Origin: Vicinamibacteria bacterium
Lineage (GTDB): Bacteria; Acidobacteriota; Vicinamibacteria; Marinacidobacterales; Marinacidobacteraceae
DNA: 64,000 bases
Reading direction: 5' to 3'
Assembly: GCA_963555995.3 (NCBI GenBank)
Contig: OY821641.1
Coordinates: 3,520,001 to 3,584,000, forward strand
Every line of letters starts with the position of its first letter. Position 1 is the first letter of the stretch. Shown in pieces: positions 1 to 9,696 of the stretch. The notes under the pieces are model-generated. The model was given only the letters and a program-made list of their open reading frames with translations. It searched no databases and had not been told where the DNA came from. Both the position numbers and the translations under genes were made by a program.

Positions 1-1
1 G

Positions 2-1078
2 CGGAGCCTGAAGGCCTGGCGGGGCGAGGGCGCCTGCGAGCACCTGCTGGTGGTGGCCGCCGGGCTCGACTCGGCCGCCCTCGGCGAGCCGGAGATCGTG
101 GGACAGGTCCGGGCCTGCCGCAACGACGCGAACGACCTCGGCCTGCTCGGGCCGCGCCTCCAGGTGCTCTTCGACGAGGCCCTGCGGATCGCCGCCCGGG
201 TCCGGGACGAGACCGGGCTCGGCCGGGGCCGGGTATCGCTGGCCGAAATCGCGGTGAGGCGCGTTCTGGAGTCCCGCGCGGACAGGAACTCCCCGGTTGC
301 CCTGCTCGGGGTCTCCGCCATGACCCGGAAGGTCGGAAGGTCGCTCGTCCGGAACGGGGTCCCGCTCATCGTGGTGAACCGGACGGAGGAGCGCGCCGCG
401 GAGCTGGCGGCTGCGTTGGGCGGCCGGAGCCTCGCGCTGGACGATTTCCTGAGCCGGCCCCCGGAGCTGGGGGCCGTCGTCGCCTCGACCGGCGCCCGGA
501 CGCCGCTGCTGACGGAGCCCGCGCTCACCCGGATCGCCGCGCTCGCCCCTCCCGGCGGGATGCCGCTGCTCGTGGACATGGCCGTTCCCGGGAACATTGA
601 CGGACCGGCGTGCGAGCGGGTGGGCCTGCGCCGCGTCGGCATGGACGAGATCGTGGAGGCCGCACAGGCGAACCGGAAGGCCCGCGAATCGGAAGCGGCC
701 AGCGCCCGCCAACTGGTGGACGAGGCGCTGCCGCGCGTCCGGGAGCGGTTCGCCGAGCGCGCCTACGCCCCGGTGTACGGCGCGCTCCAGGAGCACTACC
801 GGGAGGTCGCGATCGAAGGACTCAACCGGCTGCTCGACAAGGAGCTGCCGGGGCTCGGAAGCTCGGAACGCCGGACCGTCTCGACGTGGGCGGAGGGCCT
901 CGCGCGCCGCCTCGCCCACATCCCCACCGAGGGAGTCCGCGGCCTCCTCCACCACGGACCGGAGGGATCGCTCGACGCCTTCTTCGAGGGGCTCGCCCCG
1001 GCGCTGCGCCGGCAGCTCCGGCCGTCCGGGGCGGACCGGCGGCCCGACGCCGCCGCGCCGCCCGCGAAGCGCCCATGA
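2..1078 (+). CDS. hemA: Glutamyl-tRNA reductase (5' end lies outside the window)
   Basis: VAAGLDS..LGEPEIVGQVR motif, Rossmann region with VVNRT and VDMAVP. First gene of the heme cluster. Frame is open from the window start. Confidence 0.9.
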   Translation, partial: RSLKAWRGEGACEHLLVVAAGLDSAALGEPEIVGQVRACRNDANDLGLLGPRLQVLFDEALRIAARVRDETGLGRGRVSLAEIAVRRVLESRADRNSPVALLGVSAMTRKVGRSLVRNGVPLIVVNRTEERAAELAAALGGRSLALDDFLSRPPELGAVVASTGARTPLLTEPALTRIAALAPPGGMPLLVDMAVPGNIDGPACERVGLRRVGMDEIVEAAQANRKARESEAASARQLVDEALPRVRERFAERAYAPVYGALQEHYREVAIEGLNRLLDKELPGLGSSERRTVSTWAEGLARRLAHIPTEGVRGLLHHGPEGSLDAFFEGLAPALRRQLRPSGADRRPDAAAPPAKRP

Positions 1079-1998
1079 GGGTCCGGATTGGCGCCCGCAG
1101 GTCCCGGCTCGCGCGCACCCAGGCCGCGGGGGTCGCCGCGGCGCTCGCCGAGCGGGGATGCCGGTCGGAGATCGTTCCCATCGAGACGGCGGGGGACCGA
1201 TCGCCGCTGGCGTCCTTCGGGACCATCGGCGCGGAAGGCGTCTTCGTGCGGGACATCGAGGAATCGCTGCTGAGCGGGCGGATTGACGTGGCCGTGCACT
1301 CGTTCAAGGACCTGCCCTCCCGAACGCCCGCGCCCCTGGTCGTGGCCGCGGTGCCGCCGCGCCGCGACGCCGCCGACGTCCTGGTGCTGCGGCGCGCCGC
1401 CTTCCGGCCCGCGGAGCCGGAGCTCCCGGTCGTTCGGGACGCCACCCTCGGGACCGCCTCGGCCCGGCGGGCCGCGTGGATCCACGAACTGCGGCCGGAC
1501 CTGACCGTCGCGCACGTTCGCGGCAACGTTCCGACGCGCATCGGCCGCGTCGGCGAAGGGCTCGACGGGGTAGTGCTGGCGGCGGCGGGGGTGGACCGGC
1601 TCCGCGAGAGCCCGCTTCCGGACGCGGAGGACCCGGTTCCGGCGGACCTGGTGGTCCACCGCCTCGCGCCCGAGCGTTTCGTTCCCGCTCCCGCCCAGGG
1701 CGCGCTGGCGGTGCAGTGCCGCCGCGACGACCACCGGATCCGGGAACTGGCCGGCGCCCTTGACCACGCGCCCAGCCGCGAGCGGGTCGAGGTGGAGCGG
1801 TCGCTGCTGGCGCGCGTGGAGGGGGGTTGCGAGACGGCCTTCGGCGCCTGGTGCACCGGCGGTTCGTCCGGCGGGCTGCTGCTCATCGCCGCGCTCGAAC
1901 GCGGCGGCCGGGTGTTCCGGGCGCGGGCGCGGGCGGAGAGCGCCGAAGAAGTCGTCGCGTCGGCGTGGCAAGGGTTCCAGCGGCAGTGGGCAGCCTGA
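1075..1998 (+). CDS. hemC: Porphobilinogen deaminase (hydroxymethylbilane synthase)
   Basis: MRVRIGARRSRLARTQ, DVAVHSFKDLP, GTASARR, RGNVPTR, PAPAQGALA, GGC cofactor Cys. ATGA overlap with the hemA stop. Confidence 0.95.
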   Translation: MRVRIGARRSRLARTQAAGVAAALAERGCRSEIVPIETAGDRSPLASFGTIGAEGVFVRDIEESLLSGRIDVAVHSFKDLPSRTPAPLVVAAVPPRRDAADVLVLRRAAFRPAEPELPVVRDATLGTASARRAAWIHELRPDLTVAHVRGNVPTRIGRVGEGLDGVVLAAAGVDRLRESPLPDAEDPVPADLVVHRLAPERFVPAPAQGALAVQCRRDDHRIRELAGALDHAPSRERVEVERSLLARVEGGCETAFGAWCTGGSSGGLLLIAALERGGRVFRARARAESAEEVVASAWQGFQRQWAA

Positions 1999-2756
1999 GC
2001 GGCCGGAGCGTGCTGGTGACGAGAGCCCGGGAAGACTGTGCGCCCTGGGCGGCGCGCCTCCGGAGCGCGGGCGCCCGGGCCGTCGCCCTTGCCTGCATCG
2101 AGTGTCAGCCGATCACGGACCCGTCCGTCGGGGCGCGGCTCGCGGAGGTGCTGGCGGGCGCGGACTGGCTGGTCGTGACGTCGCGGCGCGGCGCCGAGGC
2201 GGCGGCGCGGCTGCTGGCGGCGGCCGGGTCCCCGCCGTCCGGCGGCGGCGTCGCGGTCCCGGTCCCGGTCGCCGCGGTGGGCCCGTCCACCGCCGCGGCC
2301 GCCCGCCGCTGGCTCGGCCGGGCGGACCTCGTGAGCGAGGGAAACGGCGCCGCTCCGCTCGCGCGGAAACTGGCCCGCCGCCTGGTCCGGGACCGGGAGC
2401 GGGGTCGGACCGCCCCGCCCCGCGTTCTGCTGGCGCTCGCGGAGAACGCCGGACCGGTCGTCGAGGAGGTGCTCGGCGCGGCCGGCGCCCGTTGTGTCCG
2501 CATCGCCGTGTACCGCACCATTCCGGTACCGGCCGGGGCGAACCGCCGGCCCGTTTCGCAACTGGGGGTCAACACCGTTCTTCTCGCCAGCCCGAGCGCG
2601 GTCACCGGCCTCCTGCACCAGGTGGAACTCGACACCCCGGTCGAGGTCTTCACGATCGGCCCCTCCACGTCCCGCCGGGCGCGGACGGCCGGGCTCACGG
2701 TGGCCGCGGAGGCGCACACCCCCAGCCTCGAAGGCCTGATGGAGGCGATGGCATGA
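1986..2756 (+). CDS. hemD: Uroporphyrinogen-III synthase
   Basis: LSGRSVLVTR, AVGPSTA, VYRT, ASPSAV, IGPSTS motifs. GTG start at 1986 is inferred. Confidence 0.85.
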   Translation: MGSLSGRSVLVTRAREDCAPWAARLRSAGARAVALACIECQPITDPSVGARLAEVLAGADWLVVTSRRGAEAAARLLAAAGSPPSGGGVAVPVPVAAVGPSTAAAARRWLGRADLVSEGNGAAPLARKLARRLVRDRERGRTAPPRVLLALAENAGPVVEEVLGAAGARCVRIAVYRTIPVPAGANRRPVSQLGVNTVLLASPSAVTGLLHQVELDTPVEVFTIGPSTSRRARTAGLTVAAEAHTPSLEGLMEAMA

Positions 2757-3757
2757 GCACCCGAACCGTCACCCGGCCGGGGCGGATTCGCCCCCGCCGG
2801 CTCCGCCGCACCCGGGCGCTTCGGGACCTGGCGGCGGAGACCGGCGTCACTCCGGCGCACTGCGTCATGCCGCACTTCGTCTCGGGCGAGGTGCGGGGGG
2901 AGACGCCGATCCCGTCGCTGCCGGGCATCGCGCAACTGGGGGTCGAGGACCTGGTGCGGCAGGCGGCCGAGGAGATCGAACTCGGCATCCGCTCCGTCCT
3001 GCTCTTCGGCCAACCACGGAACGCGGCGGAGAAGGCGCCGGACGGCCGGGCGGCGTGGGACGCCGGGGGGCCGGTCCCGGTGGCCGTCCGGCGGCTGAAG
3101 GCGGAGTTCGGCGACGACCTGGTGGTGATGACCGACGTCTGCCTCTGCGCCTACACGGACCACGGCCACTGCGGGATCGTCGAGGGCGGCGTGGTGCGGA
3201 ACGACGCCTCGCTCGGCCCGCTGGTCCGGACGGCGCTCGCCCACGCCGACGCCGGCGCCGACGTGGTGGCGCCCTCCGACATGATGGACGGGCGCGTCGC
3301 CGCCATCCGCGACGGACTGGACGCCGGCGGCCACGACGGGGTGCTGCTCCTCTCCTACGCGGTCAAGTACGCCTCGGCCTACTACGGGCCGTTCCGGGAC
3401 GCCGCCGATTCCGCGCCGGCGACGGGGGACCGGCAGGGCTACCAGATGGACCCCCGCAACGTCCGCGAGGCGCTTCGGGAAGCGGCGCTCGACGAACGGG
3501 AGGGCGCCGACCTGCTGATGGTGAAACCCGCGCTCGCCTATCTCGACGTGATCCGCGCGGTCCGGGAGTCCACGCGGCTGCCGCTGTTCGCCTACAACGT
3601 CTCGGGCGAGTACGCCGCGGTCAAGGCGGCGGCGGCGAACGGCTGGCTCGACGAGGCCCGGATCGTCCGGGAGAACCTGACCGCCATGCGCCGCGCGGGG
3701 GCCGACCGGATCATCACCTACCACGCGCGGGAGGCGGCGCAGCGGGGATGGCTGTGA
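2753..3757 (+). CDS. hemB: Porphobilinogen synthase (ALA dehydratase), Zn-type
   Basis: RPRRLRR, DVCLCAYTDHGHCG, PSDMMDGR, YYGPFRDA, MVKPA, YNVSGEY. ATGA overlap. Confidence 0.97.
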   Translation: MSTRTVTRPGRIRPRRLRRTRALRDLAAETGVTPAHCVMPHFVSGEVRGETPIPSLPGIAQLGVEDLVRQAAEEIELGIRSVLLFGQPRNAAEKAPDGRAAWDAGGPVPVAVRRLKAEFGDDLVVMTDVCLCAYTDHGHCGIVEGGVVRNDASLGPLVRTALAHADAGADVVAPSDMMDGRVAAIRDGLDAGGHDGVLLLSYAVKYASAYYGPFRDAADSAPATGDRQGYQMDPRNVREALREAALDEREGADLLMVKPALAYLDVIRAVRESTRLPLFAYNVSGEYAAVKAAAANGWLDEARIVRENLTAMRRAGADRIITYHAREAAQRGWL

Positions 3758-5067
3758 CCGAGGCCGCCGCCCGGGAGTCGGCGCGCTGGCTGGCGCGCGC
3801 CCGCGAGGTGCTCCCCGGCGGCGTGAGTTCGCCGGTGCGGGCCTTCCGCGGCGTCGGCGGCGCGCCGCCCGTCGTGCGCTCGGCGCGGGGCGTGGAGATC
3901 ACCGACGAGGACGGGAACACCACCCTCGACTTCGTGGCTTCCTGGGGCCCGCTGATCCTCGGTCACGCGCACCCGGCGCTCGTCGAGGCGGTGCGGACGG
4001 CGGCGGGGCGCGGATCGTCCTTCGGCGCCACCTCCCGCCCGGAGATCGAGCTGGCGGAGACGATGGTCGGCTGTTACCCGGGGATCGAACAGGTGCGCTT
4101 CGTCTCCTCCGGGACCGAGGCGGTGATGAGCGCGGTCCGCCTCGCCCGCGGGGTGACCGGACGCGACCTCGTGGTGAAATTCTCCGGCTGCTACCACGGC
4201 CACGCGGACGGCCTGCTGGTGGCGGCGGGGTCCGGCCTCAAGACCCTCGGCCGTCCGGCTTCGGCGGGAGTGCCCGGGGCCTACGCCGAGCTCACCCGGG
4301 TGCTGCCGCTTGACGACGAGGAGGCCCTCGGCGACCTCTTCCGGCGCGAAGGGGACCGCATCGCGGCGGTCATCATCGAGCCCGTCCCCGCCAACAACGG
4401 CCTGCTGCTGCAGCGCCCGGAGTTCCTGAACGCCCTCTCGGGCACCTGCACCGGCAGCGGCGCCCTGCTGATTCTCGACGAGGTCATCACCGGGTTCCGG
4501 CTCGGGCCGGGAGGGGCGGCGGAACGCTACGGGCTCCGGCCGGACCTGGCCACCTTCGGCAAGGTCATCGGCGGCGGCCTGCCGGTGGGAGCGGTGGCGG
4601 GGCCGCGGGCGATCATGCGGGAGCTGGCCCCCGAAGGACCGGTCTATCAGGCGGGAACGCTCTCCGGGAACCCCCTGGCGATGACCGCCGGGCTGACGGC
4701 GCTGCGCTGGCTCGTGGAACACGACGGCTGGCGCGCGCTGGAAGCGCTGGGAGCGGAGCTGGAGGAGCGGGTCGGAGACGTGCTGCGGCGCACCGGGACG
4801 CCGGCGGCGCTCGCCCGCGCCGGGTCCATCTTCTGGATCGCCTGGGGCTCGACCGAGTTGCCGCGCGCGGCCGAACGCATCCCGGAGGACGCCGCCGCCC
4901 GCTACTCCCGGATCTTCCACGGGTTGCTGGGGCGCGGGATCGCCCTCGCGCCCTCGGCCTACGAGGTCGGATTCCTGTCGCTCGCGCACGAGCCGCGGCA
5001 CCTGCGGCGGTTCGCGGACGCCCTGGAAGCGGTGCTGGCGGAGCTTGCCAGGGAGGCCGGCCGGTGA
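3748..5067 (+). CDS. hemL: Glutamate-1-semialdehyde 2,1-aminomutase
   Basis: PGGVSSPVRAF, SWGPLILGH, SGTEA, GCYHGH, DEVITGFR, FGKVIGGGLP, YQAGTLSGNP. Confidence 0.97.
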   Translation: MAVTEAAARESARWLARAREVLPGGVSSPVRAFRGVGGAPPVVRSARGVEITDEDGNTTLDFVASWGPLILGHAHPALVEAVRTAAGRGSSFGATSRPEIELAETMVGCYPGIEQVRFVSSGTEAVMSAVRLARGVTGRDLVVKFSGCYHGHADGLLVAAGSGLKTLGRPASAGVPGAYAELTRVLPLDDEEALGDLFRREGDRIAAVIIEPVPANNGLLLQRPEFLNALSGTCTGSGALLILDEVITGFRLGPGGAAERYGLRPDLATFGKVIGGGLPVGAVAGPRAIMRELAPEGPVYQAGTLSGNPLAMTAGLTALRWLVEHDGWRALEALGAELEERVGDVLRRTGTPAALARAGSIFWIAWGSTELPRAAERIPEDAAARYSRIFHGLLGRGIALAPSAYEVGFLSLAHEPRHLRRFADALEAVLAELAREAGR

Positions 5068-6158
5068 AGCTGCGGCGCGACCCCGGCCGGGCGCTTCTGG
5101 TCAGCTTCCGCCTCGTGCTGGTGCTGTCCGCCGCCCAGGTCGGCTGGTGGATCCTCGACCAGACCCGGCTGGCGCTGAACGAGCGCGACCGGCTGCTCGC
5201 GCTCTACGAGGCCGACGCGAGGGCCGTCTCCGCGGCGTTCGGGGACGATCCCGAGCGTCTCGGGGAACTCATGCCCCACCTGGAGATGGACGCGGAGCGC
5301 GGGGTCGCGACCGTCCGCGCCGCGGCGCGCGACCGCGTCATCGCGGCCGCCGCGTCCCGCATCAATCGCTACCGCTGGGAGGGCGGGTTCTTCCTGCTGG
5401 TGCTGGTGGGAGCGATGGTCGTCCTGACCCGCACCATCCGGCACGACCGCGAGCTTCGTCGCCGGCAGCAGAACTTCCTCGCCGCGGTCTCCCACGAGTT
5501 CAAGAGCCCGCTCGCCAGCCTGCGGCTCTCGGCGGAAGCGCTGATGACGGAGGACCGGAGCGGGGGCGTGCGGCGGCTGGGCGGCCGCATGCTGAAGGAC
5601 TGCGAGCGGCTGCTGCGCATGGTGGAGAACCTGCTCGACGCCACCCGGCTCGAAGAGGGGCGCCTCGCGCCGCCGCCGGAGAAGGGTCCCCTGCGCCTGC
5701 TCGATGCGGTGGGCGCGGCCGTCCTCACCCACCGGGAGGAAGCGCGCCGCGGGGGCGTCGCGATCCACGTTGCGGTGCCGCCGGACCTGCTGGTGGACGC
5801 CGACCGGATCAGCATGGAGGCGGTGCTGGGGAACCTGCTCGACAACGCGGTCAAGGCCTGCCGCTCCGGCGCGGGGGCGAACATCTGGGTCGAGGCCGAG
5901 CGGGCGGAAGCGCGGGTGCGGATGACCGTGCGGGACGACGGCCGCGGCTTCCCGCCCGAGGACGCCTCGATGATCTTCGAGAAGTTCTACCGGATCGGCG
6001 ACGAGCTGCAGCGCGCGACGCCGGGGGCGGGGCTCGGCCTCTACATCGCGCGCGGGCTGGCGGACCTGTCCGGCGCCACGATCAGCGCCTCGAGCCCGGG
6101 CCCCGGGAAGGGGGCGACCGTCGCGGTCCTCTGGCCCGCCGCCCTGAAGACGGCATGA
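5064..6158 (+). CDS. Membrane-bound sensor histidine kinase
   Basis: Two TM segments, H-box VSHEFKSPL, N-box NLLDNAVK, G-boxes DDGRG and GAGLGL. GTGA overlap with hemL. Confidence 0.93.
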   Translation: MKLRRDPGRALLVSFRLVLVLSAAQVGWWILDQTRLALNERDRLLALYEADARAVSAAFGDDPERLGELMPHLEMDAERGVATVRAAARDRVIAAAASRINRYRWEGGFFLLVLVGAMVVLTRTIRHDRELRRRQQNFLAAVSHEFKSPLASLRLSAEALMTEDRSGGVRRLGGRMLKDCERLLRMVENLLDATRLEEGRLAPPPEKGPLRLLDAVGAAVLTHREEARRGGVAIHVAVPPDLLVDADRISMEAVLGNLLDNAVKACRSGAGANIWVEAERAEARVRMTVRDDGRGFPPEDASMIFEKFYRIGDELQRATPGAGLGLYIARGLADLSGATISASSPGPGKGATVAVLWPAALKTA

Positions 6159-6877
6159 GCGCCGGCGCGGGCGGGGCCTCGATCCTCGTGGTGGACGACG
6201 AGATCCATCTCGCCGAGGGCCTGCGCGACGTGCTGGAGGGGGAGGGATACCGGGTGGCGGTGGCGCACGACGGCGCCGAGGGGCTCGAGAAGGCGCTCGC
6301 CGAGCCCTTCGACCTGATCCTGCTCGACATCATGATGCCGAAGCTGAACGGCATCGAGACCTGCGCCGCGCTGCGGCGCCGGGGGTCCCGCGTTCCGGTC
6401 CTGTTCCTCACCGTCAAGGGTTCGCCCGAGGACCGCATCCGGGGGCTCGAGGCCGGCGGCGACGACTATCTCCCGAAACCCTTCCGCCTCCGGGAACTCC
6501 TGCTGCGGGTCGCCGCCATCCTGCGGCGCACGCAGGAGCCCGCCGGGCGGGAGGCGGCCCTCCGCTTCGCCGGGAACGAGGTGGACTTCCTGAGCTACCA
6601 GGCCCGCGCCTGGGACGAACGGGAGCACGTCCTCACCCACAAGGAGGCGATGATCCTGAAGGTCTTCGCCGAGCGCGAGGGCGAGGTGGTGCCGCGCGAG
6701 GAGCTGCTGGACCGGGTCTGGGGTCACGAGGTCTACCCGTCCACCCGCACGATCGACAACTTCATCGTCCGCCTGCGACGACGGTTCGAGCGCAACCCGG
6801 AAGCCCCCGAGCACTTTCACACCGTGCGCGGGGTCGGCTACCGGTTCACGCGGGAGCCGGAGGCCGCGCATGGCTGA
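6155..6877 (+). CDS. OmpR/PhoB-family response regulator
   Basis: ILVVDDE, LLDIMMP, DDYLPKPF, winged helix RTIDNFIVRLRR...TVRGVGY. ATGA overlap. Confidence 0.95.
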   Translation: MSAGAGGASILVVDDEIHLAEGLRDVLEGEGYRVAVAHDGAEGLEKALAEPFDLILLDIMMPKLNGIETCAALRRRGSRVPVLFLTVKGSPEDRIRGLEAGGDDYLPKPFRLRELLLRVAAILRRTQEPAGREAALRFAGNEVDFLSYQARAWDEREHVLTHKEAMILKVFAEREGEVVPREELLDRVWGHEVYPSTRTIDNFIVRLRRRFERNPEAPEHFHTVRGVGYRFTREPEAAHG

Positions 6878-7892
6878 GTCGCCGCGGCTGCTGCGGAGGA
6901 TCCGCGGCGAAGCGGGGGACCGCCGGCCGCTCTGGATCATGCGCCAGGCGGGCCGCTACCTGCCCGAGTACCGGGAGCTGCGGCGCACCCGTTCCTTCCG
7001 GGAACTGTCGCGGGACCCCGAGCTCGCCGCCCGGGTGACGCTGCTCCCGATGGCGCGCTATCCGTTCGACGCCGCGATCGTGTTCGCCGACATCATGAGC
7101 CCGCTGCCGGCGCTCGGGGTGGAGTTCGACTTCGACCCCGGCCCGGTCATCGCCCGGCCGATCCACGACCGGGACGGGGTCGCCGCCCTGCGGACGCCCG
7201 ACCCCGAGGAACTCGCGCCCGAGGTGATGGAGGCCATCCGGCTGGTCCGCGCCGAACTGCCGCCCGCGGTTGCGGTCCTCGGCTTCTGCGGCGCCCCCTG
7301 GACCCTCGCCGCCTATCTGGTCCAGGGGCGCGGGGGGAAGGACTTCCCCGCCCTGCGGGCCTTCGCCGCCGCGCAGGAGGGCGCCCTGCACCGGTTGCTC
7401 GGCAAGCTGACGGACGCGATGGCGGCGTACCTGATCCGCCAGGCCGAGGCGGGCGCCGACGCCGTGCAGGTGTTCGACTCCTGGGCGGGGCTGCTCTCGC
7501 GGGCCCAGTGGGACCGGCTGGTCCGGCCCCATCTCGAGACCCTCCTCGAACGGGTCGGCGGCGCGGGGGTTCCCCGCATCCTGTTCGTGCAGAACGCGCC
7601 GCACCTCCTCGACGAGTACGCGCGCCTGCCGGCGGAGGTGATCTCCGTGGACTGGCGGGTGGACCTCGCGGAGGCGCAGGCGCGCTATCCGGACCGGGTC
7701 CTCCAGGGCAACCTCGATCCCGCCGTGTTGCTGGCGGGGCCCGAAACGACGCGGCGAGCCGCGGAACGGCTGCTCGGGAGGGTGGCGCCGTCGCGCCACA
7801 TCGTGAATCTGGGTCACGGCATCCTTCCCGGGACCCCACTCGAGAGCGTGGACGCGCTCGTGGAAGCGGTATGGGAGGAGAGTCCCCGATGA
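6870..7892 (+). CDS. hemE: Uroporphyrinogen decarboxylase
   Basis: WIMRQAGRYLPEYR, FADI, GFCGAPWTLAAY, QVFDSWAG, QGNLDP, NLGHGI. Confidence 0.97.
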   Translation: MAESPRLLRRIRGEAGDRRPLWIMRQAGRYLPEYRELRRTRSFRELSRDPELAARVTLLPMARYPFDAAIVFADIMSPLPALGVEFDFDPGPVIARPIHDRDGVAALRTPDPEELAPEVMEAIRLVRAELPPAVAVLGFCGAPWTLAAYLVQGRGGKDFPALRAFAAAQEGALHRLLGKLTDAMAAYLIRQAEAGADAVQVFDSWAGLLSRAQWDRLVRPHLETLLERVGGAGVPRILFVQNAPHLLDEYARLPAEVISVDWRVDLAEAQARYPDRVLQGNLDPAVLLAGPETTRRAAERLLGRVAPSRHIVNLGHGILPGTPLESVDALVEAVWEESPR

Positions 7893-8635
7893 GTCAGCGA
7901 CCAAACGGCCGGCCGGCGCCCCTGGATCTCGCCGAGAAGGGCCTCCGCGACGGAGCGCCGATCCGCCTGGACCGCCGTCTGTTCATGAAGTTCACCGCGT
8001 TCAGCGGCTGCGACGAGCCGGAGCCCGTCGCGGAGGCGCTCGCCGCGGCGGGACTGGAGGGCGCCCTCTACCTGGACGCGAACGATCCGCAGGGGATCGG
8101 CGTCCTGGCGATGGCCGAGGACCCGGAGTGGTTCGTGGCCGTGCTGCGCCCGCTCTTCAACACCATGCCGCCCTTCACCCGGATGCGCCGGAAGGAGGCG
8201 TTCGACATGCTGGGGCGGACCTACGCCATCGGCTACGAGAGCGACCTGGAGGAAACGCTGTTCCGGATGCCGCGCCGGAAGGTGCTCGACCCGGCAAACG
8301 TCTGGGCGCTCTGGTACCCGCTGCGCCGTTCCCCGGACTTCTACCGGCTGCCCGACGAACGCCGCCGCAAGATCCTCGGCGAACACGGCGCCATCGGCCG
8401 GCGCTACGGCGCGGCCGGGCTGGCAACCGACATCCGCCTGGCCTGCCACGGCCTCGACCGGAACGACAACGACTTCGTGGTCGGCCTGCTCGGCTCGACG
8501 CTGCATCCGCTGTCGGCGGTCGTCGAGGAGATGCGCGGCACCGAGCAGACCGCCCGGTTCATCACCCGGCTGGGGCCGTTCTTCGTCGGCCGGGCGGTCT
8601 GGCAGAGTCCGCCCCCGGGGGCGGGAGGCCCTTGA
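7889..8635 (+). CDS. hemQ: Chlorite-dismutase-fold protein, probable coproheme decarboxylase (HemQ/ChdC)
   Basis: WYPLRRSPDFYRLPDERRRKILGEHG (Tyr plus proximal His), GLD..DFVV, GPFFVG. Lies between hemE and hemH. Confidence 0.75.
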   Translation: MSQRPNGRPAPLDLAEKGLRDGAPIRLDRRLFMKFTAFSGCDEPEPVAEALAAAGLEGALYLDANDPQGIGVLAMAEDPEWFVAVLRPLFNTMPPFTRMRRKEAFDMLGRTYAIGYESDLEETLFRMPRRKVLDPANVWALWYPLRRSPDFYRLPDERRRKILGEHGAIGRRYGAAGLATDIRLACHGLDRNDNDFVVGLLGSTLHPLSAVVEEMRGTEQTARFITRLGPFFVGRAVWQSPPPGAGGP

Positions 8636-9696
8636 GGCCGCTCTTCGACGACGCGGCGCGGCGCTACGACGCCGTGCTGGTGGTCTCGTTCGGCGGCCCG
8701 GAAGGCCCCGACGACGTGATGCCGTTCCTCGACAACGTGCTGCGGGGGCTGCCGATCAAGCCGGCGAGCAAGGCCCGCATCGCGGAGCGTTACCACGAGT
8801 TCGGAGGGGTGAGTCCCATCGCCCGCTACACACGCGAGTTCGTCGCCGCCCTCGAAGGCGCCCTCGCCGCAAGCGGCCCGCGGCTGCCGGTGTACCTGGG
8901 GAACCGCAACTGGCATCCCCTGCTGCCCGACACGCTGGCCCGGATGGCCGGCGACGGCGTCCGGAGCGCGCTGGTGCACGTGACCAGCACCTTCAGCTCC
9001 TACAGCGGCTGCCGCCAGTACCGGGAGAACCTCTTCACGGCGGCGAGCGGCGTTCCCGAGGCGCCGCGTCTCGATCGGGTGCGGGCCGGCTACAACCACC
9101 CCGGATTCATCGCCGCGGTCGCGGACCGGCTGCGGGAAGCGTTCGCCCGGTTTCCCGGCGGCGGGCCGGCGCCGCCCCTGCTCTTCACCGCCCACAGCCT
9201 GCCGCTCTCCATGGCGAGGGGCTGCGACTACGAGGAAGAGCTGCGGGAGTCGTGCCGGCTCGCCGCCGGGGCGGCCGGAGCGGCGGACTGGAAGCTCGTG
9301 TACCAGAGCGAGAACGCTTCCTACGGAGAACCGTGGCTCGGACCCGATGTGGGCGTGGCGCTCGAGGCGGTCCGGGACGCCGGGCACGACCGGGTGGTGG
9401 TGGCGCCCATCGGCTTCGTCTGCGATCACCTGGAGGTCGTGGTGGACCTCGATACGGACGCGATGGCGACCGCGCGCAACCTGGGGCTCCGCATGGTGCG
9501 CTCCGGCACCGTCGGCGTCCACCCGGCCTACGTGGAGATGGTGCGGGAGCTGCTCGTCGAGCGAATGACCGCGAAACCGGAGCGCCGGACGCTGGGAGAT
9601 CGCGGCCCGCGTCCCGACTTCTGTCCCGCCGACTGCTGCCTGTCGGGACGCCCCGGCGGCCCCCGTCCGGCGCTCTGCGGGGCCGATTCGGGGTGA
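8632..9696 (+). CDS. hemH: Ferrochelatase (probably coproporphyrin ferrochelatase) with a C-terminal Cys cluster
   Basis: SFGGPEGPDDVMPFL, GGVSPI, GNRNWHP, SYSGCRQYRE, FTAHSLP, PIGFVCDHLEVVVDLD, C-terminal CPADCC. TTG start overlaps the upstream stop. Confidence 0.93.
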   Translation: MRPLFDDAARRYDAVLVVSFGGPEGPDDVMPFLDNVLRGLPIKPASKARIAERYHEFGGVSPIARYTREFVAALEGALAASGPRLPVYLGNRNWHPLLPDTLARMAGDGVRSALVHVTSTFSSYSGCRQYRENLFTAASGVPEAPRLDRVRAGYNHPGFIAAVADRLREAFARFPGGGPAPPLLFTAHSLPLSMARGCDYEEELRESCRLAAGAAGAADWKLVYQSENASYGEPWLGPDVGVALEAVRDAGHDRVVVAPIGFVCDHLEVVVDLDTDAMATARNLGLRMVRSGTVGVHPAYVEMVRELLVERMTAKPERRTLGDRGPRPDFCPADCCLSGRPGGPRPALCGADSG

